Positions 25,188 through 37,526 of a DNA stretch of 64,000 bases are shown here, in pieces. This stretch comes from Octopus sinensis. Lineage: Eukaryota. The stretch is taken from assembly GCF_006345805.1 (NCBI RefSeq), contig NC_043000.1, positions 41,540,001 to 41,604,000 on the forward strand. The letters run 5' to 3'. Every line of letters starts with the position of its first letter. Position 1 is the stretch's first letter. The position numbers and the translations under genes are program-made. The notes under the pieces were generated by a model that was given only the letters and a program-made list of their open reading frames with translations, searched no databases and was not told where the DNA came from.

Positions 25188-25673
25188 TCCTAAATTGTTA
25201 TATTTATATATTTAGTCTTTGACTATTTTCTCTTTTCACCAGGCCGCTGGTAGCGATAAATTTTTACTGAATTTTTTGCTACCCTAAATTGATTAATTGA
25301 TAATTTTCTGACTAATTCTGAGATTGAATCGGCAGTTTATATTTGCTGCCGATAAGTTTGGCGCGAATGCGTTGGTCTTGAAAATTTAAGACAGATATTC
25401 CGAGGCATTGATACAGTCGCCTCGTGTATATCCGTCTCTCCCAGGTTTCTTTTACTGATGAAGTGTGACCTATGGTAGACTAGCTTAATTTAATTTAATT
25501 AAGCTGGTCTATCATTAAAGACACTGAAACGATGCATCGTATAAAAGATGAATTAGGGTAAATGTTTTTAAATTTTCACCTTATTTCCGAATTACACTAC
25601 TTGGCGGTTGGAGTTCTGGCTGCTCTTTCTGGTGGACGAATGGCCTGTTTAGGCCATTCCTAAATTGTTATAT
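25186..25673 (+). mobile_element. 470 bp hammerhead-containing unit with 18-bp terminal direct repeats, embedded in (TA)n
   Basis: attcctaaattgttatat at 25186-25203 and 25656-25673; multiple hairpins; hammerhead at 25448-25548. Confidence 0.75.
25448..25548 (+). ncRNA. Canonical type I hammerhead ribozyme with extended stem II
   Basis: TCTTTTA-CTGATGA-AGTGT[19-bp hairpin]ACACT-GAAA-CGA(tgca)TCG-TA-TAAAAGA. All core nucleotides are present; GUA cut after 25541. Confidence 0.88.
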
Positions 25674-25688
25674 GTATATATATATATG

Positions 25689-25719
<31 letters not shown>

Positions 25720-26339
25720 TATGTATGTATGTATGTGTATATATATGTATGTATTTGTGTATGTATATATATATATATGCATGTATGTATGTACGCATGT
25801 ATATCTTCTATATTATATATACTCAGAGGTAGGGAAGTAAGAAGGTAGGAAGAAATAATAATAGAGTTAAAAACAAGATTATAGACAGGAAGATAGTTAC
25901 ATTGAGGGTAAAAAAAAATGAATGTTATATTATTAATATAATGTGATAATGATAGCCGGGGTGTGTATGAAAAAGCAATTAAAGGCATCTAAGTATCATT
26001 TTCATTGACATGTGTGTGTGTGTGTGTGTGTGTGTCTATGTCTGTGTCTGTGTGTGTGTGTGTATGTGTGTATGTGTGTGTGTGTATGTGTGTGTGTGTG
26101 TATTGCATGGCTAAGTGTCCTTTTATGTGTGCTTTTCCGTGTAATTGTTGTGACTGGGATATGGTGTGTTTTTCGGTGCGTTCTACGTTTGGATTTATGG
26201 TGTGCTGAAAATGTTTAAAGGTTGCTAGTACTCAACGTTCTGTAATGCAGTGCTAATATTGTATGCTACGGACGATACATACACAAATTCATATGCGCTC
26301 GCCGACAATATACATACATACATATATACATATGTTGAC

Positions 26340-26595
26340 AGACAGCTTTTCTGTCGATTACAACAACGAGTGTTTGAGGTGATTCGATCTGCTGAAGAAC
26401 CAGCTCGCGAAATTAACGAGCAAATGACTGAGTACTCCACTAACACACGTACCCTAGTCCTTTGAAGCAACTCATCTTTGTAAGTCAAGTGGACTAGAGC
26501 AATGTGGAATAAAGTGTGTTGCTCAAAGACACAAAGCGTCGACGTTACAACTCATGACCTTACGATCGTGAGGCGAATACTCTAACCACTAAAAC
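26340..26595 (-). mobile_element. SINE family C-related, degraded
   Basis: gaaccagctcgcgaaattaacg..gagtactccac..cacgtaccct; reverse tRNA-like head ending ctctaaccact. Confidence 0.65.
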
Positions 26596-26619
26596 ACACA
26601 CACACACACATACATATGC

Positions 26620-26708
<89 letters not shown>

Positions 26709-26718
<10 letters not shown>

Positions 26719-26923
26719 AATTAAGGACTGAACACGAAAAAGTGGACAGTCAACATGCTAGATATAGACGTCAAATCGCCATTCTCCACAAAAGATTATG
26801 TTCTCATATCAAACTCAACACCATCTGAGAACATAATCTTTTGTGGAGAATGGCGATTTGACGTCTATATCTAGCATGTTGACTGTCCACTTTTTCGTGT
26901 TCAGTCCTTAATTGGTATATATA
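26709..26923. repeat. Perfect fold-back: 98-bp arms, 19-nt loop, at the end of a long (TA)n
   Basis: 26709-26806 is the exact reverse complement of 26826-26923; loop tatcaaactcaacaccatc. Confidence 0.95.
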
Positions 26924-26998
26924 AATATTTAATCTTCGGATTTTTTTAATATGTTAGACCACTGGTTTTAATTGATAAATATTGATTTCTACCCTTAA

Positions 26999-27035
<37 letters not shown>

Positions 27036-27127
27036 CATACATACATATATACATACATACATACATAGCTGTATATGTGTGTGTTTTTTTGTGTGTGTGC
27101 GTGTTTATGAATCTATGTATATGTGCT

Positions 27128-27159
<32 letters not shown>

Positions 27160-27359
27160 TCAACCCTCATCCCTGCAGCAATCATCTACAAAACAACCAG
27201 CATCAACACCAAAACCAATGCAACCGGTCATTACCAACCCGGCATTGCGAACTCCTTACAGACTGACAACTGCAACAATTACATGAGATAAATAAGCAAC
27301 TTCATTTGAAATAAAAATCAATTTTTTAAAATCTATAAAAATTAATCACTTCCACCGCC

Positions 27360-27632
27360 CTACGTGAGTATCTTGCTGTATTGAAGCAATAAGTTGGAGA
27401 ACACCGCCCTTAACTGCATATTTTGAATACCTCCTTTTAAATATCTTAGGCTCTTATTGGCGAGGTACTGAGAAGCTGTTGGTCCCTTGAAAACTATGCT
27501 GATATAGTATTGGGTCTTTACTCTAGATGGAGAGCCTAGGACCTTTGGCGCTATGTAGTGGCGTGCAGTTTGAGGTTGATATATCTTTCAAACCCAATCT
27601 TCGGCGCTAAACTCTCCAAGATTTGGAATTAT
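27360..27632 (-). mobile_element. Possible Penelope-like element ORF fragment (RT-endonuclease linker)
   Basis: PKVLGSPSRVKTQYYISIVFKGPTASQYLANKSLRYL..MQLRAVFS resembles the PLE linker YxxLPFKG..LRxVF. Abuts (TACA)n/(TA)n. Confidence 0.4.
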
Positions 27633-27640
27633 ATACATAC

Positions 27641-27686
<46 letters not shown>

Positions 27687-27691
<5 letters not shown>

Positions 27692-28199
27692 CAATTTAAA
27701 AATAGGATAAAATCTTCATAAGAATTTATCAAGTAGTCAGCGTGAAAAACCTCATAAGAGAAAAAAAATCCACCAATTTTTTCACTGAAATATATTTATT
27801 TATATTTTATAGAGGTCATTATTACACATAAATGCCACACGCTAGGAGGGACTCTTAAAGTCAAAACTACTAAAATAAATAAACATTTCGTACCGAATGT
27901 AACTCTCGAAGCAAGTCATTTAAAAACAGAATTCAGCTGCAGATCACTGTGGTTTCGTAATCAGTGCAGTGGCGTGCACTCTTTACTCATCAGTGCAAGC
28001 ATAATTCAAGATTTATAATGAATGAACCAAATCAACATAGCAGACGAACAACCAACGTAGTATATAGAAATGTTCACCCCTTATACATCTATGTAAATGG
28101 CGGGTTTTTTCGAATTGCATTTCGGTAACAACGTGCTTATTCGGAATAAAAAAATTCAGTAATGAATATACTCCGGTTAAATTTACAATTTAAAAATAG
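27687..28199 (-). mobile_element. 494 bp hammerhead-containing unit with 19-bp terminal direct repeats next to (TA)n
   Basis: atttacaatttaaaaatag at 27687-27705 and 28181-28199; hammerhead at 27937-27998. Confidence 0.65.
27937..27998 (-). ncRNA. Type I hammerhead ribozyme (one stem III mismatch)
   Basis: Minus strand TTGCA-CTGATGA-GTAA(ag agtgca cgccac tgcact ga)TTAC-GAAA-CCACAGTGA-TC-TGCAG. Confidence 0.75.
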
Positions 28200-28329
28200 A
28201 ATCATAATTAATCATAATTGAGAGTAGTAGTATAGTCGACTTAAAATGAATATTCTCCACAGAAACCACGTTGTATCTTGCTTTGCCTTGTTCTGAATAC
28301 TACTAGCTAGTCACTAGCAGATTGTTACC

Positions 28330-29200
28330 TTCTTTGGGATATGCACGCGGAAGAATGGATCAATACTGGTGTGGATTCCCAGATTATGCAGTGATTGTGA
28401 TTCCGGAATTGCAGTACCCACTTGTCTTCAGTATTCTGATTGCATTCTGTTTGTGGGCTGATAGCGATGCACATAAAACCCTTCAGTATTGAACTACGTA
28501 TTGTTTTCTTCAGCCTACCAGTGTATTGCATTCAAATCTTTCTGTTGTTATGCATCATCATCAGGTGTCTTGCTTCCTGTGATACATTTGTACTATCAGT
28601 GTGTCCGGTGAATGTGACTGACGGTATGACTAAGGAAATGTATTAGAGAGCCACCACAATCAGTAGTGATCCCAGTAGGTATTCCCAAGGGAGTTTGTTA
28701 CCAACTGATATCTCCTTTAGTATGAATTAATGTAACCACTCTCTAAGTTTCCCACCACACCGTGTTGCGCAGTTCGTGTCACATTATTTCGTAATCATTT
28801 TTACCGACGGAATTTGCAAGCTTGAGGTGTATCACATCCACATTTAAATCAGTGACCTTTGTTTCAGTACCCTGTCTTAACGGGGAATGCAGCTGAAGGC
28901 AGTTCTTTCCTGAATGGAAGCCGTACTGGGCGTCAAAGTGCAAGCATTTTTCATGTAGGAACAAGATCAGGTTTCTTCTGACAATTCTTTCTTTGGCTTT
29001 GCTGATGCGTGAGATCAGAGAGATAGAAACGCAAATTTTAGCATCTGCTTTGTTCTCTTTTCTGGTATGTTCACCTTTAATGTAATACCCAGGTGGAATG
29101 AATACGATACGGTGGTTGACAAAGCTGTGCATTTTGAGTTACAGGTTCAATCCATCCCGTGGATTTTTGTACAGCTTCAGTCTAAATAATTTGAGTTATA
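28330..29200 (-). mobile_element. CR1/L2-like LINE reverse transcriptase relic
   Basis: SISLISRISKAKERIVRRNLILFL..QYGFHSGKNCL..NVDVIHL..DLNAIHW*AEENNT*FN follows the CR1-type RT motif order; many stops and frameshifts. Confidence 0.7.
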
Positions 29201-29519
29201 CTGTAAGGATCGATCAGAGACTAAAGACAATCATACTTGTCTAAGATGCTACGCAGTTGTAGCGAAAGCGGCTACTCGAAACAGCGATTCTGCTGTTCTA
29301 CTCTTATATATACATACATGCATACATACATACATACATACATACATACATACATACATACATACATACATAAATACATGCATACATACATGCATACATG
29401 CATACACAAATTTATGCATACATACATGTATGCATACATATAGGCATACATACATGTTTGAGTGAATGTGCTGTGTGCGTGAGGTCTATGTGCGCATATC
29501 ATTACATATCTGCATAAAA

Positions 29520-29725
29520 TGGCGAGGTGGCAGAATCGTTAGCACGCTCGGCAAAATGCTTATCGGCATTTCGTCCGTCTTTACATTCTGAGTTCAAATT
29601 CCATCGAGATCGAACTTGTCTTTCATCCTTTCGGGGGTCGATAAAACAAGTGCCAGTTGAGCACTGGAGTCGATGTAATTGTCATACTTCTTCGAAACTG
29701 CTGGCCGTATACCAAAATTTGAAAT
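29520..29725 (+). mobile_element. SINE family B-related
   Basis: ggcgaggtggcagaatcgttagcacg..ctgagttcaaattcc..tttcatcctttcgggggtcgata..gtaccaaaatttgaaa. Confidence 0.85.
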
Positions 29726-29728
29726 CAG

Positions 29729-29773
<45 letters not shown>

Positions 29774-29804
29774 TGTGTATGTGTGTGTGTGTATGTGTGT
29801 GTGC

Positions 29805-29838
<34 letters not shown>

Positions 29839-30739
29839 AGAAAGATAGATAATACCCTCATCTATCTATATATATATTTATATTCCACGAGTATTTAATC
29901 ATGTATTTTTATTTTCTTTATGATTCACATAATTCAAGGCTATTTACTTACGAAATAATTAAATATTATAATTTGGTTATTTAATTACTTATTTTAGAAA
30001 AAAAAAGAGAAAAAATATCCACCGAGCCACACGACACATAGCTATTAGAAGCTTTGTGTTACAGTCAGAGTTGATTAGACAGAGATTATAATTTGCTTTG
30101 TTATTTCTATCTGCAATAGTGTTAGATGGACAGATAGGCGTCAAAAGTAAATCCGGTCTTTTAAAATTGAAAGAAAAGGAAGTAGAATATAAATTTCATT
30201 TGACTAGACATAAACGCCAAGAAACATGGCTGTTAATGAACGAGTTTACTAGAAATCCTATACCTGGTTGCTCAGCCTGCTAAAAATAGCAATTGATGAA
30301 AAGAATGGACACATTGGTTGTTGCTGTTCTCCTAGATAGTACACTGTTTGTATATCAGACAGGATGGTCTTCGCTGGAAAGCTTCTGATTATATATCTCT
30401 TTTATCAGTGTTGAACTGGGGATAACGAAGACAACAACGATAACAGTAACAACAATGATTGTTTCTATCATAGGCACAATACCAGAAATATAAGGGGCTG
30501 GGGTTTAGTCGTTGCTATCAACTCCAGTACTTGACTGATATTTCATTTTACCGGACCTAAATAAGATAGAAAGTAAAGTTAACAGTAAAAGACCAGAAGA
30601 AATATCACAAGGTTTAACAAATCTACTGATCCAACAACAATAAAAAGATGCTACTTTAACAATAATAATAATTTCAAATCTTTACACAAGGCCAGGTATT
30701 TTGCTTGCATCTATCCTAGGACATCAATCCTAATAGTGA

Positions 30740-31010
30740 GGGTTCGTTAGTATATTCGGTTGAAGTTTGTAAGGTTGTGAGTTCGATACCTGCGGGCGTG
30801 TTGTGCTTTTCACTCAGTTGACAAAAATAAGTATTACCTGTATTTCAAAGGGCCAGCCTTGTCACATTCAGTGTTACGTTGAATCTCCCTGAGAACTACG
30901 TCAAGAGTACGTATATATGTGTAATACTCAATCACTTCTACGTTCATTTCACGAGCAGTCTGTTCCTTTAATCAGAACAACCGGAACCCTCGTCGTTGTA
31001 ACCAAGGGAT
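30740..31010 (+). mobile_element. SINE family C, internally deleted
   Basis: gtgagttcgatacc head; atttcaaagggccagccttgtcac..ggaaccctcgtcg tail, the inverse of the copy at 32702. Confidence 0.75.
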
Positions 31011-31184
31011 GTCAGTTATTTCAGTACTTAACTAATACCATTTTATTAAACCCGAAAGGATGAAAAGCAATGTTGACCAAGGCAGGATTTGAACACAGAA
31101 TGTAAAGAATCAGAAGTCAATGTAATCAACTAACATCTCTTCCCCTGACACAGTTGGCTTTGCACATATAGCGGAAATAATAAT

Positions 31185-31810
31185 TATTCTTTTCTACTCT
31201 AGACACAAAGCACGAAATTTTGGGGGAGGGGGCCAGTCGATTAGATCGACCCAGTACGCAACTGGTACTTAATTTATCGACTCCGAAGGGGGGAAGGCAA
31301 AGTTGACCTCGGCGGAACTTGAACTCAGAACGTAAAGACAGACGAAATACCTATTTCTTTTCTACCCACAAGGGACAAACACATTAACGGATTAAGTCGA
31401 TTACATTGACCCCAGTTCGTAACTGGTACTTATTTAATCGACCCCGAAAGGATGAAAGGCAAATTCGACTTGGCGGAATTTGAACTGAGAACGTAGCAGC
31501 AGACGAAATACTGCTAAGCATTTCGGGCGGCGGGTTAACGTTTCTGCCAGCTCGCCGCCATAGACAGAACAATTATCATTAGGGAATTGGGAAAAGGCAG
31601 CGAGCTAGCAGAATCGTTAGCACACTGGTGAAAATATAGAGTGGCATTTCGCCTGTCGTTTTGTTCTGAGGTCAAATTCACCGAGGTCGACTTTGCCTTT
31701 CATCCTTTCGGACTCGATAAATTGAGTACCAGACAAGCACTGGGCTCGATGTAAACGACTTATCTCCTGTTCGAAACTGCTGGCTTTGTGTCAAAATTTA
31801 AAACCATTAT
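31185..31810. mobile_element. SINE family B cluster: two tandem - copies (31185-31560) head-to-head with a + copy (31593-31810)
   Basis: Junction gacgaaatacc|tatttcttt at 31351 is the same type as that at 12624. Confidence 0.85.
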
Positions 31811-32701
31811 TAGGGAAGTGGATTGGATCGTTACGGCGTCGATTATATGATTTGCTATATTTTGGCATTTTACGTCCTGTGTTCAAATCTCGCCGACTTC
31901 GTCTTTGCTTTTAGTAATTTTTTGTGTGTTAATAAAATAAAGTATGCGTCAGTCATGTGCTGAGTTCGACATTATCGACTCGCTTCTTTTCACTTGAAAT
32001 TTATGACCGGTTGCCTATATCGGAAACTATTATTACGGATACAAAAGTTGTGATTCAGCATGAAACTCCTTTTTTATTGGTCATAAATCGGTCAGTGAAT
32101 CTTGTTTTGTAGATTTAAGTCAGATTACATCGCTGATTTCAAGGAAAACGTAACAACAACCAAAATAAAACCCGGCGACAAAAACAAACAGCCCTTTATC
32201 CCCAATCCAATCGCGTTACGTAATTAGATTTCATGGTATTAAGTATTAAGTCGTATTTTTGCTGATAAGTAACGATTAAGATATTAATCATGAATTGTTG
32301 TCTGCATTTATTTGTTGATTTACGGATGTTTGTTTATTTTTTTTAGCGGGTCTATATAATATCTATGTTATATTCTTTCTTATTTCTTCTCGGTTTAATC
32401 TGTCCTAGCCTTCCCTTAAGTCTTTGATAAACAGTTAAGTACTTGATAAAGATTTGAAAATAAAAATTGATTTCTTATTCAGGTACAAGGCTAATTTCTT
32501 TTTGTAAGGGGATATAGTTTAATCAAATTATTTGACACCAGAGTTTACTAGCGGTTTAATTTATTAAGTTGAGTTAATGAAAAGTCACGACGACCTTTTT
32601 ACTTAGGCATGGAAGGCTTTTGCCCGTCTTGCTTTCTTTTCGGTTGACAATATCAGAAACTACAACCGTTGCTCGCAAACGATTATCACTTAGTAACAAG
32701 T

Positions 32702-33077
32702 GGAAGCACTCCGTCGGTTACGACGACGAGGGTTCCGGTTGATCCGATCAACGGAACAGCCTGCTCGTGAAATTAACGTGTATGTGGCTGAGCACTCCAC
32801 AGACACGTGTACCCTTAACGTAGTTCTCGGGGATATTCAGCGTGACACAGAGAGTGACAAGGCCGGCCCTTTGAAATACAGGTACAACAGAAACAGGAAG
32901 TAAGAGAAAGTTGTGGTGAAAGAGTACAGCAGGGATCACCACCATCCCTGCCGGAGCCGCGTGGAGCTTTAGGTGTTTTTGCTCAATAAACACTCACAAC
33001 GCCCGGTCTGGGAATCGAAACCGCGAACCTACGACCGCGAGTCCGCTGCCCTAACCACTGGGCCATTGCGCCTCCAC
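32702..33077 (-). mobile_element. SINE family C (tRNA-derived head), full length, 10-bp TSD
   Basis: Head tggaggcgcaatggcccagtggttagggcagcggactcgcggtcgtaggttcgcggtttcgattccc; TSD agtaacaagt at 32692-32701 and 33078-33087. Confidence 0.92.
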
Positions 33078-33494
33078 AGTAACAAGTACCATACAACCAA
33101 GTCATAGTCGTTTGCGGAAGACTTCTTTATTTCCACTCGTAAAGAGCACAGAAGTAATGTGTTTACATTCTTACACATTCTCTCACTGCTCGGCTTTCTC
33201 ATATTTACTTCAGTCTTTCTGATTCTCGCTGTATTGTGCTTAAAATATTTGAGTGGAATAGTGATTCTCTTAAACTAAGATGCAATTATTAAGGAGTTTC
33301 ATGTGTGGATATGTGTGTGTGTGTGTGTGTGTGTGAATGTACACATACATACATACGTAGATGTAATGCATACATAGATACTTACATAATACACAGATGC
33401 ATGCATGCATGAATACATATCTTATACATGTATGTGTATATTATATATATATATATGTATGTGTGTATTATATATATATAGATCTACAATATTT

Positions 33495-33703
33495 TATTTT
33501 TGTTACTTGTTTCAGCCATTAGACTGCGGCCATGCTGATCACCGCCTTCAAGTGTTTTAGTCGAACGAATCAACCACAATACATATTTTTTGTAAAGCCT
33601 GGTATTTATTCCATAGGTCTTCTCTACCGAACTGCTATGGTTACGGGGACGTAAACACAGCAACAGCAGTTCCCAAGTAGTGATGGTGATGGACACACAC
33701 ACG

Positions 33704-33759
<56 letters not shown>

Positions 33760-33769
33760 ATATATACAC

Positions 33770-33819
<50 letters not shown>

Positions 33820-33935
33820 GTATATATATATATATATATACACACACAGCGGTCTTCTTTCAGTTTCCGTCTACCAAATTTACTCACAAGGCTTTGATCG
33901 GCACGAGCAGACATAAAAACACACTCCCAATTCGC
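33495..33935 (-). mobile_element. SINE family A (5'-truncated) with expanded internal (TA)n
   Basis: ttacttgtttcagccattagactgcggccatgctg..gtttccgtctaccaaatttactcacaagg. Confidence 0.85.
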
Positions 33936-33939
33936 CGTA

Positions 33940-34160
33940 TTTTTTTTCTACTCTAGGCACAGGGCCCGAAGTTTTAGGGGAAGAGGTGCTAGTCGATCAG
34001 ATCGACCCCAGTACGCAACTGCTTCTTACTTTATCGACCCCGAAAGGATGGAATGCAAAGTCGACCTCGGCAGAATTTGAACTCAGAACGTAAAGACAGA
34101 CAAAATACCGCTAAGCATTTCGCCCGGCGTGCTAACGATTCTGCCAGATCGCCGCCTTCA
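33940..34160 (-). mobile_element. SINE family B variant
   Basis: ttctactctaggcacagggcccgaa tail; cgccgccttc head end. Confidence 0.88.
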
Positions 34161-34479
34161 ATTCGCCTTATTTTGACCCAGCGGAACACCCAGGGTATAA
34201 CAATTGGATAGAGACAGCGTTTCACCAGTACTTAACTGATGATCATTTCACCTGAGTCAACTAAAGTAGTATGGAGTGAAATGTATTGCTCAAGCTCATG
34301 ACGCATCGTCTAGTCCAGGAATCGAACCTTGTCATTACTCACCGAAGCAAAACGAACAAACAGTAGTAGTGGCTGCTAAGCAATCTGTGTTCTAGTTAGT
34401 CAATGTTGATTGATAGCCAGCAGGCCTGCAATCTTGCTACATCTGAGATATGTGTGAATGCCGTGCATTCATACTTGAA

Positions 34480-34800
34480 GAATGTGTTGCTTGCAACGAT
34501 AGCTTGCTTACCGACCACATGGTTCCGGGTTCATTTCCACTGCGTGTATGTCGTATATATGTATGTGTGTCTGTATATGTTTGTATGTCTGTGTTTGTCC
34601 CACCAACATCGCTTGACAACCGATGGTGGTGTGTTTACGTCCCCGTAACTTAGCGATTCGGCAAAGAGACCGATAGAATAAGTAAAAGGCTTCCAAAGAA
34701 TAAGTCCTGGGGTCGATATGCTCGACTAAAGGCGGTGCTCCAGCATGGCAGCAGTCAAGTGACTGAAACAAGTAAAAGAGAAAAAAAGAGATAAAAGAGA
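34480..34800 (+). mobile_element. SINE family A with central deletion
   Basis: agcttgcttaccgaccacatggttccggg..ccactgcgtg joined directly to tcgtatatat..tail. Confidence 0.85.
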
Positions 34801-34852
34801 AATTTGTGAATGTCCGCGGCGGGTGTAAGGGAGAGGCAGCGAAGAGGGTGGA

Positions 34853-35003
34853 AGAAGAAGAAGAAGAAGAAGAAGAAGAAGAAGAAGAAGAAGAAGAAGA
34901 AGAAGAAGAAAAAGTAGTAGTAGAAGAAGAAGAAGAAGAAGAAGAAAGAAGAAGAAGAAGAAGAAGAAGAAGAAGAAGAAGAAGAAGGTGATGATGACGA
35001 CGA
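34853..35003. repeat. (GAA)n microsatellite
   Basis: About 45 GAA units, with GTA/GAT variants. Confidence 0.95.
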
Positions 35004-35053
35004 AGACATACTTATAGCGAATGAGAGGTACTGACCTTAATAGGGAGTGACAG

Positions 35054-35205
35054 TGTGGTTGTGTGGTAAGAAGCTTGATTCCCAACCACATGGTTACGAG
35101 TTCAGTTTCACTGTGTGGCACCTTGAACATGTGTCTTCTATTATAGCCTCGGGCTGAGAAAAGCCCTGTGAGTTGATTTGGTAAACGGAAATTGAAAGAC
35201 CGTCG

Positions 35206-35242
<37 letters not shown>

Positions 35243-35257
35243 TTGTGTGTGTGTGTA

Positions 35258-35318
<61 letters not shown>

Positions 35319-35555
35319 GTATGTATCTGTGTCTGTGTCTTTGTGTGTCTGCGTCTTTGTTTTTCTCCCCGTCACTGCTTGACAATTGGTGCTGGTGTGT
35401 TTACGTTCCCGTAACTTACCGGTTCGGCAGAAATGACCGATAGAATAAGTACCAGACTTACAAAGAATAAGTCCAGGGGTCGATTTTTTCGACTAAAAGG
35501 CGGTGTTCTAGTATGGCCATAAACAAATGACCGAAACAAGTAATAGAATAAAAGA
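35054..35555 (+). mobile_element. SINE family A
   Basis: Head gtggttgtgtggtaagaagc to tail gaccgaaacaagtaatagaataaaag. Confidence 0.88.
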
Positions 35556-35797
35556 ATATTGTTTAACACACACGCACACATACACACACATACACACACA
35601 CATGCACGCTCACACCATAGACATAGAATCAGCTTTTAACACTTGTTTTTCGTAAATATTGGGTCATCCCATAAACGAGGATTTTTTAATACTTCTTTTA
35701 TTTTTCAAAATTAAGATAAAGTTATTTTTTTATCTAAAATATACTCTCTTTCATTTTCTAATCTTTTGAGTATATATGAAAGTAATAATAATAATAA

Positions 35798-36356
35798 TAT
35801 GCCCTGATGCAGTACCAGGCAATGGCTCTCATGGCTTCTGATCTTAACTGATTGGAAATGTTATCATGTACATTGTTTTGTCTTGGTATAAAAGATGGGC
35901 TACAGCAAATATTCTGCTCAATACCACAGATTTGCTTGTCACTTGTTTGACCTTAACCAGTTGAGCATGTACCTTAGTGGCTGACGATATGTGCATCTCT
36001 GATCACGAGCAGAAGTAGTGGGGGAGCATCATAGCCATGTGTTGAGAGGGATTCTTTGGGGTTTGAATAATTCACCTCTGGAAACATGGGTGGTTCTTTC
36101 AACATCCTTAAACAACCCTTATTCAGGGACCGTTTGAGCGGGATGGGCTACTCAACTTGAAGAAAATTCTAACTGGGCCCCACCTGCAAGGTCATGTGCT
36201 GTTTATCTTGATATGAGATCACCATGTCGCGCACATATGGTTGTGATGCATGTGCCTGGTGAGCCCTTATTAGACGGGTAGTCATGATGGGTATATTGGG
36301 CTTCGTATATTTTACCCCAGTGTCACTTTGATGGCATGAACTGCTCTCTCACTCAA
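35798..36356 (+). mobile_element. ~560 bp non-coding (AAT)n-tailed retro-element, family D
   Basis: Starts atgccctgatgcagtacc and ends ctctctcactc(aat)n; at least 5 copies in the window. Confidence 0.88.
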
Positions 36357-36387
36357 TAATAATAATAATAATAATATAATAATAATA

Positions 36388-36448
<61 letters not shown>

Positions 36449-36449
36449 A

Positions 36450-37190
36450 ATGAAGAGAAACCCTTGCATAGCCAATTTTGGAGAGCCACTGAAGACTATG
36501 TGGAACTAAATCCTGGGCTTGGTTACAAAAGGGGCAACTAAAAAAGAAACAGAAATCCTAATTGTAGCAGCCTAAGATCAAGCGATAAAAACAAACAACT
36601 TGAGAAAAGATATTGATGGAGAGAATGTGTTAGTTCCCCAATTTGGCACAGGAAGAATATAAGAAACGGAGACACGACCAGGTTGTAAATGTTTTACACT
36701 GGAAGCTGTGCCAGAAATTCGGATTTGAAGCTGGAAACGCATGGTACAATCACGGTGTCGAAGGGGTACTGGAGTCGGAAAGATGTAGGATTTTGTTTGA
36801 CTTTCCTGTTCAAACGGATAAGTAAGTCAACCCACCATGCCCGTTTTATTCCAGGATCGCAAAGAAAAAGAACGAAAAAAATAAACGATCCCTTAAAATT
36901 TGAAATAGGAAGAATTTGGAGCAAGAGAGCAGTAAAGGTCGTGTCAATAATAATTGGCGCGTTGGGAACAGTAAGCGGAGATATAGACAAATAGCTGAAG
37001 GAGTTTGGAATAGAATGCCCAGTAGATTTCCTACAGAAAGTTTGCCTCTTAGGGTCATCAAGGGTTACCAGGAGTATTCTAAGCACTTGAAAGACAGTTA
37101 AAACTTCTGGATTCCTAAGGTAACAGGTAGTAAACCGCTACCCACATAAATCCAACAAAGAATAAGACCAAACCTGGGCCAAATCAAAAT
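36450..37190 (+). mobile_element. R4/Dong-like LINE 3' relic
   Basis: WLQKGQLKKETE..LIVAA*DQAIKTN; LAQEEYKKRRHDQV..WYNH..ILFDFPVQTD; VSIIIGALGTVS. Preceded by (AAT)/(GAA)n and ends in (AAT)n. Confidence 0.85.
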
Positions 37191-37199
37191 AATAATAAT

Positions 37200-37382
37200 A
37201 ATCCTTTCGACTATAAGTCGAAGGGTTGAAATTTCGTGGGAGGGGACTAGTCGATTACATCGACTCCAGTGCTCACTGGTACTTATTTTTATAAACTTCG
37301 AAAGGATGGAATGCAAGGTCAACCCCGGCTGAATATCGGTAAGCATTTCTCCCAGTTTGCTAACGATTCTGCCAGCTTACAG
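37200..37382 (-). mobile_element. SINE family B-related
   Basis: ttgaaatttcgtgggaggggactagtcgattacatcgac..ctaacgattctgccagct. Confidence 0.8.
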
Positions 37383-37435
37383 CTTTTATAATAATAATAA
37401 TGATGATGATGATAATAATAATAATAATAATAATA

Positions 37436-37516
<81 letters not shown>

Positions 37517-37526
37517 AATAATAATA

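Noticed and set aside
33000-33077. tRNA gene (also near 59570-59643 and 21601)
   Set aside because: A/B-box-like head runs straight into a multicopy SINE body with TSD; no convincing acceptor stem or T-run terminator.
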